From positions 1-17,063 of the forward strand of contig JAQGDQ010002041.1 of assembly GCA_030141605.1 (NCBI GenBank): DNA of 17,063 nt, written 5' to 3'. The notes under the pieces are model-generated. The model saw only the letters and a list, made by a program, of their open reading frames with translations. It was not told the origin of the DNA and searched no databases. The position numbers and the translations under genes are program-made. This document shows, one piece after another, positions 1-11,110 of the stretch. Within the stretch, counting starts at the first letter, position 1. Each line of letters begins with the position of its first letter. The stretch comes from Tubiluchus corallicola. Lineage: Eukaryota; Animalia; Priapulida.

Positions 1-120
1 GAAGATATTCCGTTGGATGCTGGTGCACCCGGTGGCATGATTCGATATCGCCGAACATTGACACTTAGTTTTTTCTACAAATTTTATCTGATGGTGCTTC
101 GTCAACTTAGTGAATTGTGT
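1..120 (+). CDS. XDH: Xanthine dehydrogenase/oxidase, exon 1 in window (5'-truncated; C-terminal FAD domain)
   Basis: Frame 1 reads [40 protein letters not shown], matching the animal XDH motif [22 protein letters not shown]; donor GTGAGT at 121, phase 0. Confidence 0.93.
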
Positions 121-280
121 GTGAGTACCGACTGAAGCTTGTAGTGTTACAGACAAACTAAGACTTTGACATAATTAATTAATTAAGTAACTAATTAAAG
201 CTCGAGTTGCTCAACTCTTTCGGGACTGTAAATGTTTGCTGCATTTTGCACGGGTTCATGAAAAACTGCTGTCACTAAGT

Positions 281-993
281 AGCGATTACATTATATTTGA
301 TAATTTTTATAGGTTTCTACTCCTCACACAATGGATTTTCATGCTGAATTATATATGAAATGCATTTGCTTACCTTAGGCAAATTAAAAATCAATTTTTG
401 ATGAAAAAATTTAAAAACTTTCAGTAACTGCTGTATTTGCACTGTAACAATGTTCAGTATCTCTTGTAATCGGCTAATGTAGAAAATTTCAACTATCCAG
501 ACACAACACTCTGATAAACTTTGACCTCAAGTCTACTCTATGTTTAAGGGAAAATTCCTGTTAAAAGACGAAATGGCGTTAATTTGTCCTTGCCAGATCG
601 TTTGTTTTTCCTGGAACTCTGCACAGTTCCCTTGGGCTGTAGCAATAAATTAGTGTGTTCGATCACGCAAGTGTACACCAGACTCAGTTACTCAATAGGC
701 TAAATTGGAGTTGCTGACAAGGGCGTGTTTTTCTTAAATTTATCCAATTAAATCACTTATAAATGTTTAAACAGAGTATGATTGGATAGCCGATGTTCCC
801 CTGAATTTAACAGTACCCAATTTGTAATCATTTAGTTGTGTCTGTACTCATACACTAGCAGAAAAGTCAGAGGTCTTATAAGACTTATTTTGAATTGTGC
901 GGTCCTGAAGGAGTTGAAAAGATTTGTACCTGTATAGTAATGACAGGTGTGATTTCCTCGTATTCAACTTTCACCAGTTTGGCTGGTGGGTAA
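281..993 (-). repeat. Interspersed repeat family A, inverted copy carrying an XDH exon-5 3' fragment (930-983)
   Basis: The reverse complement aligns along most of its length with 12090-13018, and its right end aligns with 9054-9500 (reads [18 protein letters not shown]|gtac). Confidence 0.88.
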
Positions 994-1029
994 TGTACAT
1001 TAAATAGATTTACCAATAAACAATACATA

Positions 1030-1580
1030 TAAATTACATGTGCATCAAATCAGCTCATGCATACAGAAAAAGCAATCATAATTCTCCTAACATAAGAATC
1101 TATCTTATGGTCGGCCACTAGAATTAGTTACGAAAAAAATTACAATATATACAGATACAATATTACAATATAACAAATATAAATACGGGTGGGAAGTAAT
1201 AAAAATTTATTATACTAGAGGGGAAGTTTTGAAAATGAAAAACAACAAATCATGATTGAGTGATCAGTTATATGTTTCAAGTAAGTTTCATTTATAATTT
1301 TTTTTAAATATGGACAGCGAGTTGGCATTTTTAATAGCTGGAGCAATTGAATTCCATATGTAAGGGCCATTGTATTTAATAGAAAATTTTCTAACATTTG
1401 TGTTGCACTGTATGTAGTGATAGTGCAGCCTATAACGTGTACCGTAATTATGATCTCAGCATTCAAACAAAAATAATCAGTAAATAAGGGAGGCAATAAT
1501 TTATGAAAATTTGTACATAAAACAAACAAACTATAATAAACTAATATTTTAATAGAAAATGGATAAAGTGTGTAGCTATT
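1030..1580 (-). mobile_element. Decayed 3' end of a CR1/L2-group LINE ORF2
   Basis: With two frameshifts the - strand reads CFMYKF/HKLLPPLFTDYFCLNAE/HNYGTR..CNTNVRKFSIKYNGPYIWNSIAPAIKNANSLSIFKK, the typical HxYxTR...GxxxWNxL...FKK C-terminus of CR1/L2 elements. Boundaries approximate. Confidence 0.75.
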
Positions 1581-1688
1581 TTCTCTAACAAAAATGGTAC
1601 AGTGACATTTCTTGATTGTTTATATAACAAAAATTGTTTGTCTGTAAGGTAGGCTTAATTTCACATACATTAAATATTTTACATTTAG

Positions 1689-1781
1689 CCTGGTCTGTGT
1701 AAATCAGTGGTTCCTGGCACATACCGGAGTGCGACAGATCAATTCCACAAAGAGCATTTTCAAAGTACGCAATTATATGAG
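1689..1781 (+). CDS. XDH: XDH exon 2 in window (linker region)
   Basis: Acceptor ttttacatttAG, reads PGLCKSVVPGTYRSATDQFHKEHFQSTQLYE (resembles XDH ..TYTSAT..F.K....QLFQE), donor GTATGT at 1782; 93 nt, phase 0/0. Confidence 0.8.
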
Positions 1782-2430
1782 GTATGTAAATTCATGTCAC
1801 CACTACTAATAAGCACTGCTTGTGCTACTGTTGTGTTTTGTTTCTCTCGGAAGGCTCGTAGAGAAAACCAGAAAACACTTCTTCAAATTAAACTAGTTTA
1901 TTATACGAGAATTCTACAACACAAAAGTATGAAAGAATGCGAAATGTTTACAGTAAACGTGAAAATCTGGAAAACGTTTAAGTGTATCTGAAAATGCAAG
2001 TATACAAGAGAATTTGTAAGTGGCATCCGTGTGAATCTGCGTGCGTCTGTCTCAGCGGCCTGCTTCGCCTTACATAGGATGCCCGAGAAGCTTCCAGAAG
2101 TTATGTTCCAGAACATTCTACACGGTAAGACAATCATTTCAACGGAACATTCTACAATGTTCTATTTAATTCTAATAGATGCCAGCGATATCCACAACAG
2201 TTACCTTCTTATAAAAAAATTTATAGCATAATGTAATTGTGTTGCTTGAATAGTTTAATCTGAAAACAAATCAGATAATTTTATATAATTTGCTCAGTTT
2301 CATGGAGATATTTAAACCAAATTGTTCTAATTAACTTTTAACAAGTTTTTACGTAAATTACAAAATCTAATCTCTAGTCTAATTAATCTAACATCTTTAA
2401 TAAACAAAGGTTCAAAATTTAAGAAACTGG

Positions 2431-2690
2431 ATACTTGCAAACCAAAACCGTCCACAAGTTGACATAGTTAAAACTACTTGATGATATTTCAAAGTAGAAT
2501 GCTTCAAAAATTTAGTCAAACTTCAATTTTGTTTTTTTATAAAAAATAAATAAATTGGATTTTTATATTCTAACATCAAATTTTCAAGAAAATGTTCAAG
2601 AAAGACTAAAAATCTGATTTTATCACCCCGTACCCAGTTTTCTGGCTAGAAACTAGGACTGCAATTGTAAAAAACTTGTATTTTCAAACT
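2431..2690 (+). repeat. Interspersed repeat family B, copy 1
   Basis: Reverse-complement match to 8593-8882 (e.g. aaactaggactgcaattgt vs acaattgcagtcctagttt; cttgcaaaccaaa vs tttggtttgcaag). Confidence 0.8.
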
Positions 2691-3200
2691 CCGACAATAG
2701 CTCAAGGAAGCTGCCATTTTGATTCTGATTTTTTCTGTTGCCAAGCCCAGATGTTCATCAGCAAGAGCCATCTACTGGATTTAAGCATAATTCAAATACG
2801 TTCCGTGCAATGTCCATAGCAACCAATAGTTGTACGGTTGCTAAGTGTTTTGTAGAACTGCTACAAAAAACAATGACTGACTTTAACAGTGATTTTGTCA
2901 AGGTTGTTTTTCAGTGTGCAGCCTGCACCTCAACTTCAACGTGGATTATCTTAGCTTAGAAATAACATAGAGTGATGAGCTTGGTATCAAAATGATCTTC
3001 ATAAAATGGAGATTCAGGATATATGAATAATTAGAACTTATGGATGATTTTGTTATGCAAGCTAACAGTTAATAAATCAACTTACATGGTAATCTTCTAT
3101 CAGTGTACATAATTATGAAATTATAATAAAAAATCAATGAGCGACTCTAATTAACCTGTAACTGCAGTGTATGTGACTACCTGTGTGATTTTCACTTACA

Positions 3201-3976
<776 letters not shown>

Positions 3977-4347
3977 AATCTCCAGTAGTTATAATATAAC
4001 TTTTGAGACAAATAGCTCTTCGACTGTAATTGCGACAAATTGCACATACAATAGATTGTCATCAACACCCGTGTGACTCCACTGGCAAGTTTTCTCACTA
4101 TAATATGTAATCCAGCATCCTTGTTAGGCATGTTCCAATTAGCATGGTGATTAAATTTCAATCACGGTAAGCTTACAGGTAAGAAATTTGGTCACATGAC
4201 CAGTTCTAAAGGAAACCAATTGATAACAGAAAAGAGGGGGACCAATACAAGCTTATTTATTTGATATTTATTTATTTATTTATTTTAGCCATAACAAATT
4301 AACATAATAACAAAAAAAAGATACAAAGCAATATGTTGCCCAAGGAG

Positions 4348-4682
4348 CAGGGCCTATTTCAGCCAAAGCGAGGCCTGGGGAAGTGGGGCGTGTGAGGCCC
4401 CTTGGGGGGTGGGGGTGGGGGGCACCACCATGGTTGAAGCCTAGGAAATTTTTGAACTACTAGAACGCCGGAGAATCATTCTCGAAGAGGAAATATGGAG
4501 TTGTTAAACGAAAGAACAATTGAAAGAAAAACTGCTTTATTCTCAAGAGAATAGAGAGAGAGAGGGGGAGAGAGGAGGCAGTATGTTCGCATAAAGCAAA
4601 AAAAGTTACCTTGGCGCGAGGCCCCCCTGGAGGTTGAGGCCCCGGGGAGTATCCCCACTTCCCCCCTCTGAAATAGGCCCTG
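4348..4682. mobile_element. hAT-type MITE (non-autonomous DNA transposon), 335 bp
   Basis: Perfect 15-bp TIRs CAGGGCCTATTTCAG (4348-4362) / CTGAAATAGGCCCTG (4668-4682); exact 8-bp TSD CCAAGGAG at 4340-4347 and 4683-4690; subterminal inverted GGGGAAGTGGGG/CCCCACTTCCCC; GC-rich relative to the flanks. Confidence 0.93.
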
Positions 4683-5875
4683 CCAAGGAGACCAGTGCAG
4701 GCCACCCAAAGTAAAGTGACCCAAATGGTTCTTAAATCAGCACACTGCTTGTTAAATGGTTTGTTATCAGTACCATTTACTTTAAGCATCTTTTTATTGT
4801 TCAGTCTATAAATAGTTGAAATAATGATTGAAATGGATACAAAACACCAGTTTAACGTGTTGACCAAAAGTTTCTTTATTCTGAAATACAATTATTAACA
4901 TTTAGTTTAATTTGCATTGAGTAGAAGAAAATTAGTTGTATGATTAAATGTATTGCTATAACCAAGCACTGATATAAAAATTATGTATATTATATTGAAA
5001 TTAATTAACAATAACTTACGTTGTTAGAGCCTTTAACAGTTACAAAGACAGTAATGAGAACTCCAAGTAGCATTAAGAACAACAAAAATGTCACAACAAT
5101 AAATTCGTAAGTGTGAAAGTCATGTTTGAAGTTATAGATTATTCACTTTGTTATGATTGAGTTTAGGCACAGAAGTATGAACAAGAATAAAAAATCTGTA
5201 ATACATATTTGCACTGAACACAACAGAAAAGTGTTTATTAAAACTACAGAAACATGAGTAGCATGACTGCTGCACTGAACACTGAGAATGAGAGAGTGTC
5301 CTGCACTGCTGCACTGCACTGAGAGTGAGAGTGACTAGAAAGCAAAACCAGTCGGTATATATATAGGTATAGGTGACCTATGCAGACTTGTACAGGCTTC
5401 ACAACAACCATTATTTTAAAATAGGGAGAGATCCAGTGAATATGCATTCACTGGACCATACAATTATACTGGGGGTAAGTCAGCTGGTAGAATAACAGGA
5501 TTAGTTCATAGATGGCAGCACCTGATTAAAAATGTACAATGCCAACTTCCACAATAAGAAATTCACAGTCATAATGCTCATCACTGTCAGAAAAATAGAG
5601 CAATGGTGGAGAGAACCAAAAGACGGGTAAAACGTCATACAACTACTACAGCTATAGCTCACGAAAGACTAAAATGCTAATGTATAGAAGAATATTAGGT
5701 GCTTCAATTTTAAAAGAGTGACTACTGTAAAAAGCTAAATGCCTACTAAGTCAACAAACAGGTGGCAGCACCGTATGAGTAATTGAAAACTAAATTAAAA
5801 CCAGAAAGGGCCTATGCACCTACTACAATGATGATCAGTAAGCAAAGAGTTAATGTCTTTCATTATTTCTTACAG

Positions 5876-5993
5876 GTAGCTTCTGCGCGAAGCCATGCTA
5901 CAGGTGCTGTAGGTCGACCTTTAATTCATCAGTCGGGTTTAAAACAGGTGACAGGTGAAGCCAGATACACAGATGACATGCCGTATCTAGAAG
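5876..5993 (+). CDS. XDH: XDH exon 3 in window (start of Moco domain)
   Basis: Acceptor tttcttacAG; VASARSHATGAVGRPLIHQSGLKQVTGEARYTDDMPYLE-G (VGRP..H....QxTGEAxYxDD motif); donor GT at 5994; phase 0/1. Confidence 0.93.
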
Positions 5994-7003
5994 GTAGTTT
6001 TATTTACTAATTTAATTTGTAAAGAGAATTTTAAACTGAATACATTTAAATATCGCTTAGTCATTCGTAAAATGTATTTTTTATGAGTTTTTTTTTGTTT
6101 ATTGGTACAGCTACAAATGGCGTAGCTTCAAGTAAAGTGACTGTCATTTTTTTTAAATGAAACGGTGGCTTGTGGCACCAGGGTGGCAAAAAATTCCTGG
6201 TGCCCCACCCTTTTAATGTTTTTATCATTTGTTTCGTGGGTGAAGCCACAAATTCTGCACGTCTTCTGCATCCCTGAGCCCAACTTTCATTTTTCAACAT
6301 GATGGGATAAAGATCGAATTTTTTCTAAGAATCACCCGGAGTTTGATTTGTGGTACTGCAGCGGAGTAACTCTCTTCTATGCATTAGTTGCTCATAACAC
6401 GACAGTCATTAAACATTCAGCTCCAGCATTAAAACATGCAAAGATTATGAAAGATACAGAACACTACAGGTTTTCATAATAATACAATCAGCATTTAGAG
6501 AAACGTCAATGTTTCTGTCAAAATTATCAATCTGCTAAGCCACACTACACCCACACACGCTGTTAAGTAACAACTTTGGCCTTTTTTCTAGGCTGTATGT
6601 AGTAACTAAGTCAGCTATGTTGATCTCTGACTAGGCAAGTTTGTTGTAGTTTGAAAAATTTTGTTAATTGTTTTGTTAATGTCGGGTGAGTAATTACTAA
6701 TTAATAGTCATTAAAACTCTAGGAGAATTTTGCATCCTCTCATTCTTGCATCTGAGGTCGACTCCTCCCTTCCCCTTTGTTGTGCCTCTATTTTTCATCT
6801 TTGAATTAGTTTTGATCAATCTCTGATTAATGAATTAGTCTTGTGACTAACGACTAATCTGACTAAATAAATAACTTATTCATACTTATAATACAATTTA
6901 GTGGTTCCATGTCTCATGCAGTTGCAATATATGGCCTCCAATCAATTATAATGCTATTTTAATATACCTCTATGGAAATTAAACATACACTGTGGTCGTT
7001 TCT

Positions 7004-7368
7004 TCTCCTCTTTTCCTTCTTCCTTCCCTAATCTTACTATTTTTTCCATTCCATCATGTCTGCTAACCCTAACCATTCTTTCATTCACTCATCCTCCCCT
7101 CCCTTCCTTCTTCCTATCCCTAAACTTACTATTTTTTCCATTCCATCATGTCTACTAACCCTAACCATTCTTTCATTCACTCATCCTCCCCTCCCTTCCT
7201 TCTTCCTATCCCTAATCTTACTATTTTTTCCATTCCATCATGTCTACTAACCCTAACCATTCTTTCATTCACTCATCCTCCCCTCCCTTCCTTCTTCCTA
7301 TCCCTAATCTTACTATTTTTTTCCATTCCATCATGTCTACTAACCCTAACCATTCTTTCATTCACTCA
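7004..7368. repeat. Pyrimidine-rich minisatellite, about 4 x 92 bp
   Basis: Unit ...ccctaatcttactattttttccattccatcatgtctactaaccctaaccattctttcattcactca recurs at a period of about 92 nt. Confidence 0.95.
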
Positions 7369-7371
7369 TTT

Positions 7372-7549
7372 GTGCCACCTTAACAAGCCAAGCTTTCAAT
7401 GTGTCATACAGCAACTCTTTTATTTGGTTAATTTGACTTCATCAACGTTTTTTTACCTATACTGTTTCTTTTTGTTTCAATAATATTGCATCTTGATGCA
7501 TTGTATATGTATTGCTGGAGTGAAATAAATTGATTGATTGACTGATTGA
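7372..7549 (+). mobile_element. Probable L2/CR1-type retroposon 3' end
   Basis: T-rich UTR-like stretch ending in AATAAA (7524-7529) followed at once by a (TTGA)n tail, a pattern typical of L2-group 3' ends. Confidence 0.45.
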
Positions 7550-7672
7550 ACTACTAAATCAGCTACAGAAATCATCACCACTTGCTGTGTAGGAGAACTC
7601 TAACTGTGCTGCATTCTCAGTCATATATACCACATGATACAAGAATCTGCATGATGGTTTTGTTGATTACAG

Positions 7673-7851
7673 GTGAACTTTACCTGGGATTCGTACTCAG
7701 TAAGAAAGCTCACGCACTCATCAAATCAGTAGATCCGAGTGAAGCATTGAAATTACCTGGTGTTGTATCTTATGTGGACCATACCGATGTACCTGGGAGT
7801 AATCTTACTGGACCTATTGTACCTGATGAAGAAATTTTTGCTTCTCACAAG
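7673..7851 (+). CDS. XDH: XDH exon 4 in window
   Basis: Acceptor ttgattacAG; (G)ELYLGFVLSKKAHALIKSVDPSEALKLPGVVSYVDHTDVPGSNLTGPIVPDEEIFASHK; donor GTGAAT at 7852; phase 1/0 fits the neighbouring exons. Confidence 0.93.
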
Positions 7852-8170
7852 GTGAATTAACTTGCGATATTTGTCGTAGCGTTTTGTCACTAAACCTTTT
7901 CACAGTTTCGGTGATTCATGATGATCTTGAAAAGGTCAAAGGTTAAGTGTACCAGACAATGAATTTGTGTAAACTTGACGATGCCTCGCATAAATAGGTA
8001 AAGTCTAAGCAAAACAACTAAAGTTACTGAACTGATGCTGCAGGCGAGTTTGCTTTACCCATGTGTGATTTGTAGTTAAGACGCATTGCTGTTGCTACGC
8101 TTAACCTTCCACCTACAGCTCTAGCGCGTGCGCACAACGAAACCGTGAAAAGGCTCATGCACGCTCGGAC

Positions 8171-8253
8171 GCACACACACACACACACCCTCACACACAC
8201 ATGCACTCACGTCCACACTCACACACACATACACACTCACATGCACACACACA

Positions 8254-8292
<39 letters not shown>
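8171..8292. repeat. Imperfect (CA)n microsatellite
   Basis: Directly visible. Confidence 0.97.
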
Positions 8293-8296
<4 letters not shown>

Positions 8297-8592
8297 ATAT
8301 TTATGCAAACACACATTGACACATTATTTAGCATTATTTAGTACCTTATTATATGATTGTTAATACTGACAGACTTATTACTCCTGTGAGTATGATACTA
8401 TATACAAAACTATTAAGTGGTAAGTGATAAAATTACGTTTTTTATATCTATGCCATCTTATGGACGGTTTTCATTTTCAAGTACACATTTATAGCTTTAG
8501 CAGATTATTGCTCTATTGTGGTTGACTGGTCTGTTGTATGTTAATTTATGCATAATTAGGTTAATTTATGCATAATTACTTGTGCAGGTCAG

Positions 8593-8882
8593 TTTGGAAA
8601 TACAAGATTTTAACAATTGCAGTCCTAGTTTTTAGGCACAGAACTGGTTATGAGATTATAAAATTGAATTTTTAGTCTTTTCTGAACATTTTCTTGATGA
8701 TTTGATGCTAGAATATAAAAGTCCAGTCTATTTAGCGTTTGTAAAAAACAAAAAATTGACATTTGACCAATCATCTGGTCAGTATATTTAGCATTTGACC
8801 AATCATCTTTTTGATCATCCAACTTTGAACCATGGTAACGTAGTTTTAACTATGCCAACTTATGGCTTTGGTTTGCAAGCAT
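8593..8882 (-). repeat. Interspersed repeat family B, copy 2 (inverted relative to copy 1)
   Basis: Reverse complement aligns with 2431-2690. Confidence 0.8.
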
Positions 8883-8987
8883 GCGTAGAGTATTTCAAAA
8901 TCGTGTGCCAATTATTCTGATTATGATGTGTGTTAAATCAATAATCTATTTTGAAATTTTGACATTTTGAAATTTGAAATTGTGCAG

Positions 8988-9107
8988 GTGGTTTGTGTGG
9001 GTCAGATCATTGCTGGAATTGTAGCTGAGAATCAAGCAGTTGCTCAGAAAGCAGCTAAACTGGTGAAAGTTGAATACGAGGAACTCACACCTGTCGTTAC
9101 TATACAG
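8988..9107 (+). CDS. XDH: XDH exon 5 in window
   Basis: Acceptor ttgtgcAG; [40 protein letters not shown]; donor GTACTA at 9108; 120 nt, phase 0/0. Confidence 0.92.
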
Positions 9108-9611
9108 GTACTAATCTTTTCAACTCTTTCAGGACCGCATATTAGTTTCCTGTCACCCATCCATTTACAGACCTTTACTCACCAGCTAAACTGGTGAAAG
9201 TTGAATACGAGGCATTCACACCTGTCATTACTATACAGGTACTAATCTTTTCAACTCCTTCAGGAACGCACCATTCAAAATAAATCTTATAAGACCTTTG
9301 ACTTTTTTATATTAGTTTCCTGTCACCCATCCATTTACAGACCTTTACTCACCAGCCAAACTGGTGAAAGTTGAATACGAGGAACTCACACCCGTCATTA
9401 CTATACAGGTACTAATATTTTCAATTCCTTCGGGACCGCACCATTCATAAGAAATCTTATAAGACCTATGACTTTTCTGCTACTGTATGAGCACAGACAT
9501 AACTAAATTATATTAGTTTCCTGTCACCCATCCATTTACAGACCTTTACCCACCAGCCAAACTGGTGAAAGTCGAATACGAGGAACTTCAACCAGTCATA
9601 ACCATTGAGGT
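9054..9611 (+). repeat. Tandem array of the XDH exon-5 3' end + donor + family A fragment (4 copies of the exon end)
   Basis: 54-nt exon-end copies at 9054-9107, 9185-9238, 9355-9408 and 9556-9609, each followed by GT; periods 131, 170 and 201 nt. Confidence 0.93.
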
Positions 9612-10505
9612 GTGTGAGTTGTAGGTAAATAAAATAAACATTCGTAACTTCGTTTTAGTATTAAAAGTGTTAAAAGATGGCGCCATGGTTCTTCATATAC
9701 TACCCCGTTTTCAGGTCCGTTGAAAAGTATACATTTTAATGTGATTAATACTGCAAAAGTGTTTCTGATAATTAAATAATAAATTAAAATCTTAATTAAC
9801 GGCAGGCAAGCCCAACTATTGATAACATCACAAACTAACATAATTTCCAACAGCAAAAATATTCCATGACCGTATTGCACGTGTGTAAGAAAGCAAAAAT
9901 TCAAGTAGAGTGCTTCTGTAAGATAATCAGTGTGTTATACTAAAACTAGGCAAGTTTTAAGATAAAAACTGAAATTTCAAATTTACCACTGTGCTTACGC
10001 ATGAGCTGTCGAACATATGGAATACATCACAAACGAACACCGTTATGCTGAGAGGTACAGTACCTTTTTTTGAGGAACCTTTTCCAAATTGCAGGCATTA
10101 GTGTCCGTGTAAGTAGCAAATGGTGAAATACGTGTAAAAGCGAAGAACTAGTGGCGTGAACGTTGAACGTGAAACTGTGTTCATGTGGTAATAATTCTTT
10201 CACGTAAGTCATTTTTGAAAAAAATGTATGTTTCCTTTCAATATTGTATAGAATAGCTTGATTTGACCTGTAGTTTAAAATTGGGTCCAGTTTTGCTTTA
10301 ATATTTGCATTAATGACAAATACTGCATCTTTTTACTTCGTTGGCGCCATCTATTAACAGAAAAAAGGTACAAATAATAGACCAATTTCGACAATTTGCC
10401 GTTTTTCATCAATGCTAAGCAATTACAGGCCTGGAGATTGACAAATAAATTACTTACTTACTGACTTACTAACTTACTAGTTTTACACTTCATCGTATTT
10501 TCCAG

Positions 10506-10727
10506 GATGCAATTCGTGAGAAGTCTTTCTTCAATTTCCCGCGGAGTCTTCGCAAGGGAGACGTGAACGTCGGATTTGAAGCGTCTGATTTCATCACAGA
10601 GGGAGAATTCCACATGGGAGGTCAGGAACATTTCTACCTGGAAACTCAAGCTTGTATTTGCATTCCTAAAGGGGAAGACGGGGAGATGGAGATCATTTCC
10701 TCTTCTCAGACACCAACCAAAGCTCAG
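10506..10727 (+). CDS. XDH: XDH exon 6 in window
   Basis: Acceptor tattttccAG; DAIREKSFFNFPRSLRKGDVNVGFEASDFITEGEFHMGGQEHFYLETQACICIPKGEDGEMEIISSSQTPTKAQ with the hallmark GGQEHFYLET and the conserved Mo-site Gln; donor GT at 10728; 222 nt. Confidence 0.95.
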
Positions 10728-10833
10728 GTTCACATTCGTGTTTTCTATTTCTGAATGATATTTACTGTAAATGTCTTTGTGTGTCAGTAATCTAGTAAGA
10801 TAAGCTTTTAACTAACAAAATTTTCATTTTCCT

Positions 10834-10837
10834 TATT

Positions 10838-10869
<32 letters not shown>

Positions 10870-10929
10870 GGTGATGGTGGTGGTGGTGGTGGTGGTGCTG
10901 GTGCTGGTGGTGGTGGTGTTGGTTGTTGG

Positions 10930-11014
<85 letters not shown>

Positions 11015-11110
11015 CATAATCATTACTATTACTATCACTATCACTATTACTATTATACTTTTACTATTACTATTACTATTACTGTTATTATTATTATTAG
11101 TAGTATTATC
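10834..11110. repeat. Compound microsatellite (TTG)n/(TGG)n/(TTA/TAC)n
   Basis: Directly visible. Confidence 0.97.

Noticed and set aside
1215-1529. 104-aa ORF as a standalone gene
   Set aside because: It crosses frames of a frameshifted LINE ORF2 remnant.
4460-4891. Minus-strand ORFs of 143 and 82 aa as a transposase
   Set aside because: They straddle the MITE boundary and show no transposase motifs.
6174-6204. Hairpin GGCACCAGG...CCTGGTGCC
   Set aside because: Only a 9-bp stem with no matching element end or TSD found; probably a TE relic.
6620-6720. Weak inverted similarity to ~16620-16705 (gagtaatta.ctaat)
   Set aside because: Short, AT-rich and too degenerate to call without an alignment.
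9054-9611. CRISPR-like repeat/spacer appearance
   Set aside because: The repeats are XDH exon sequence, the spacers are homologous to one another, the context is eukaryotic and there are no cas genes.
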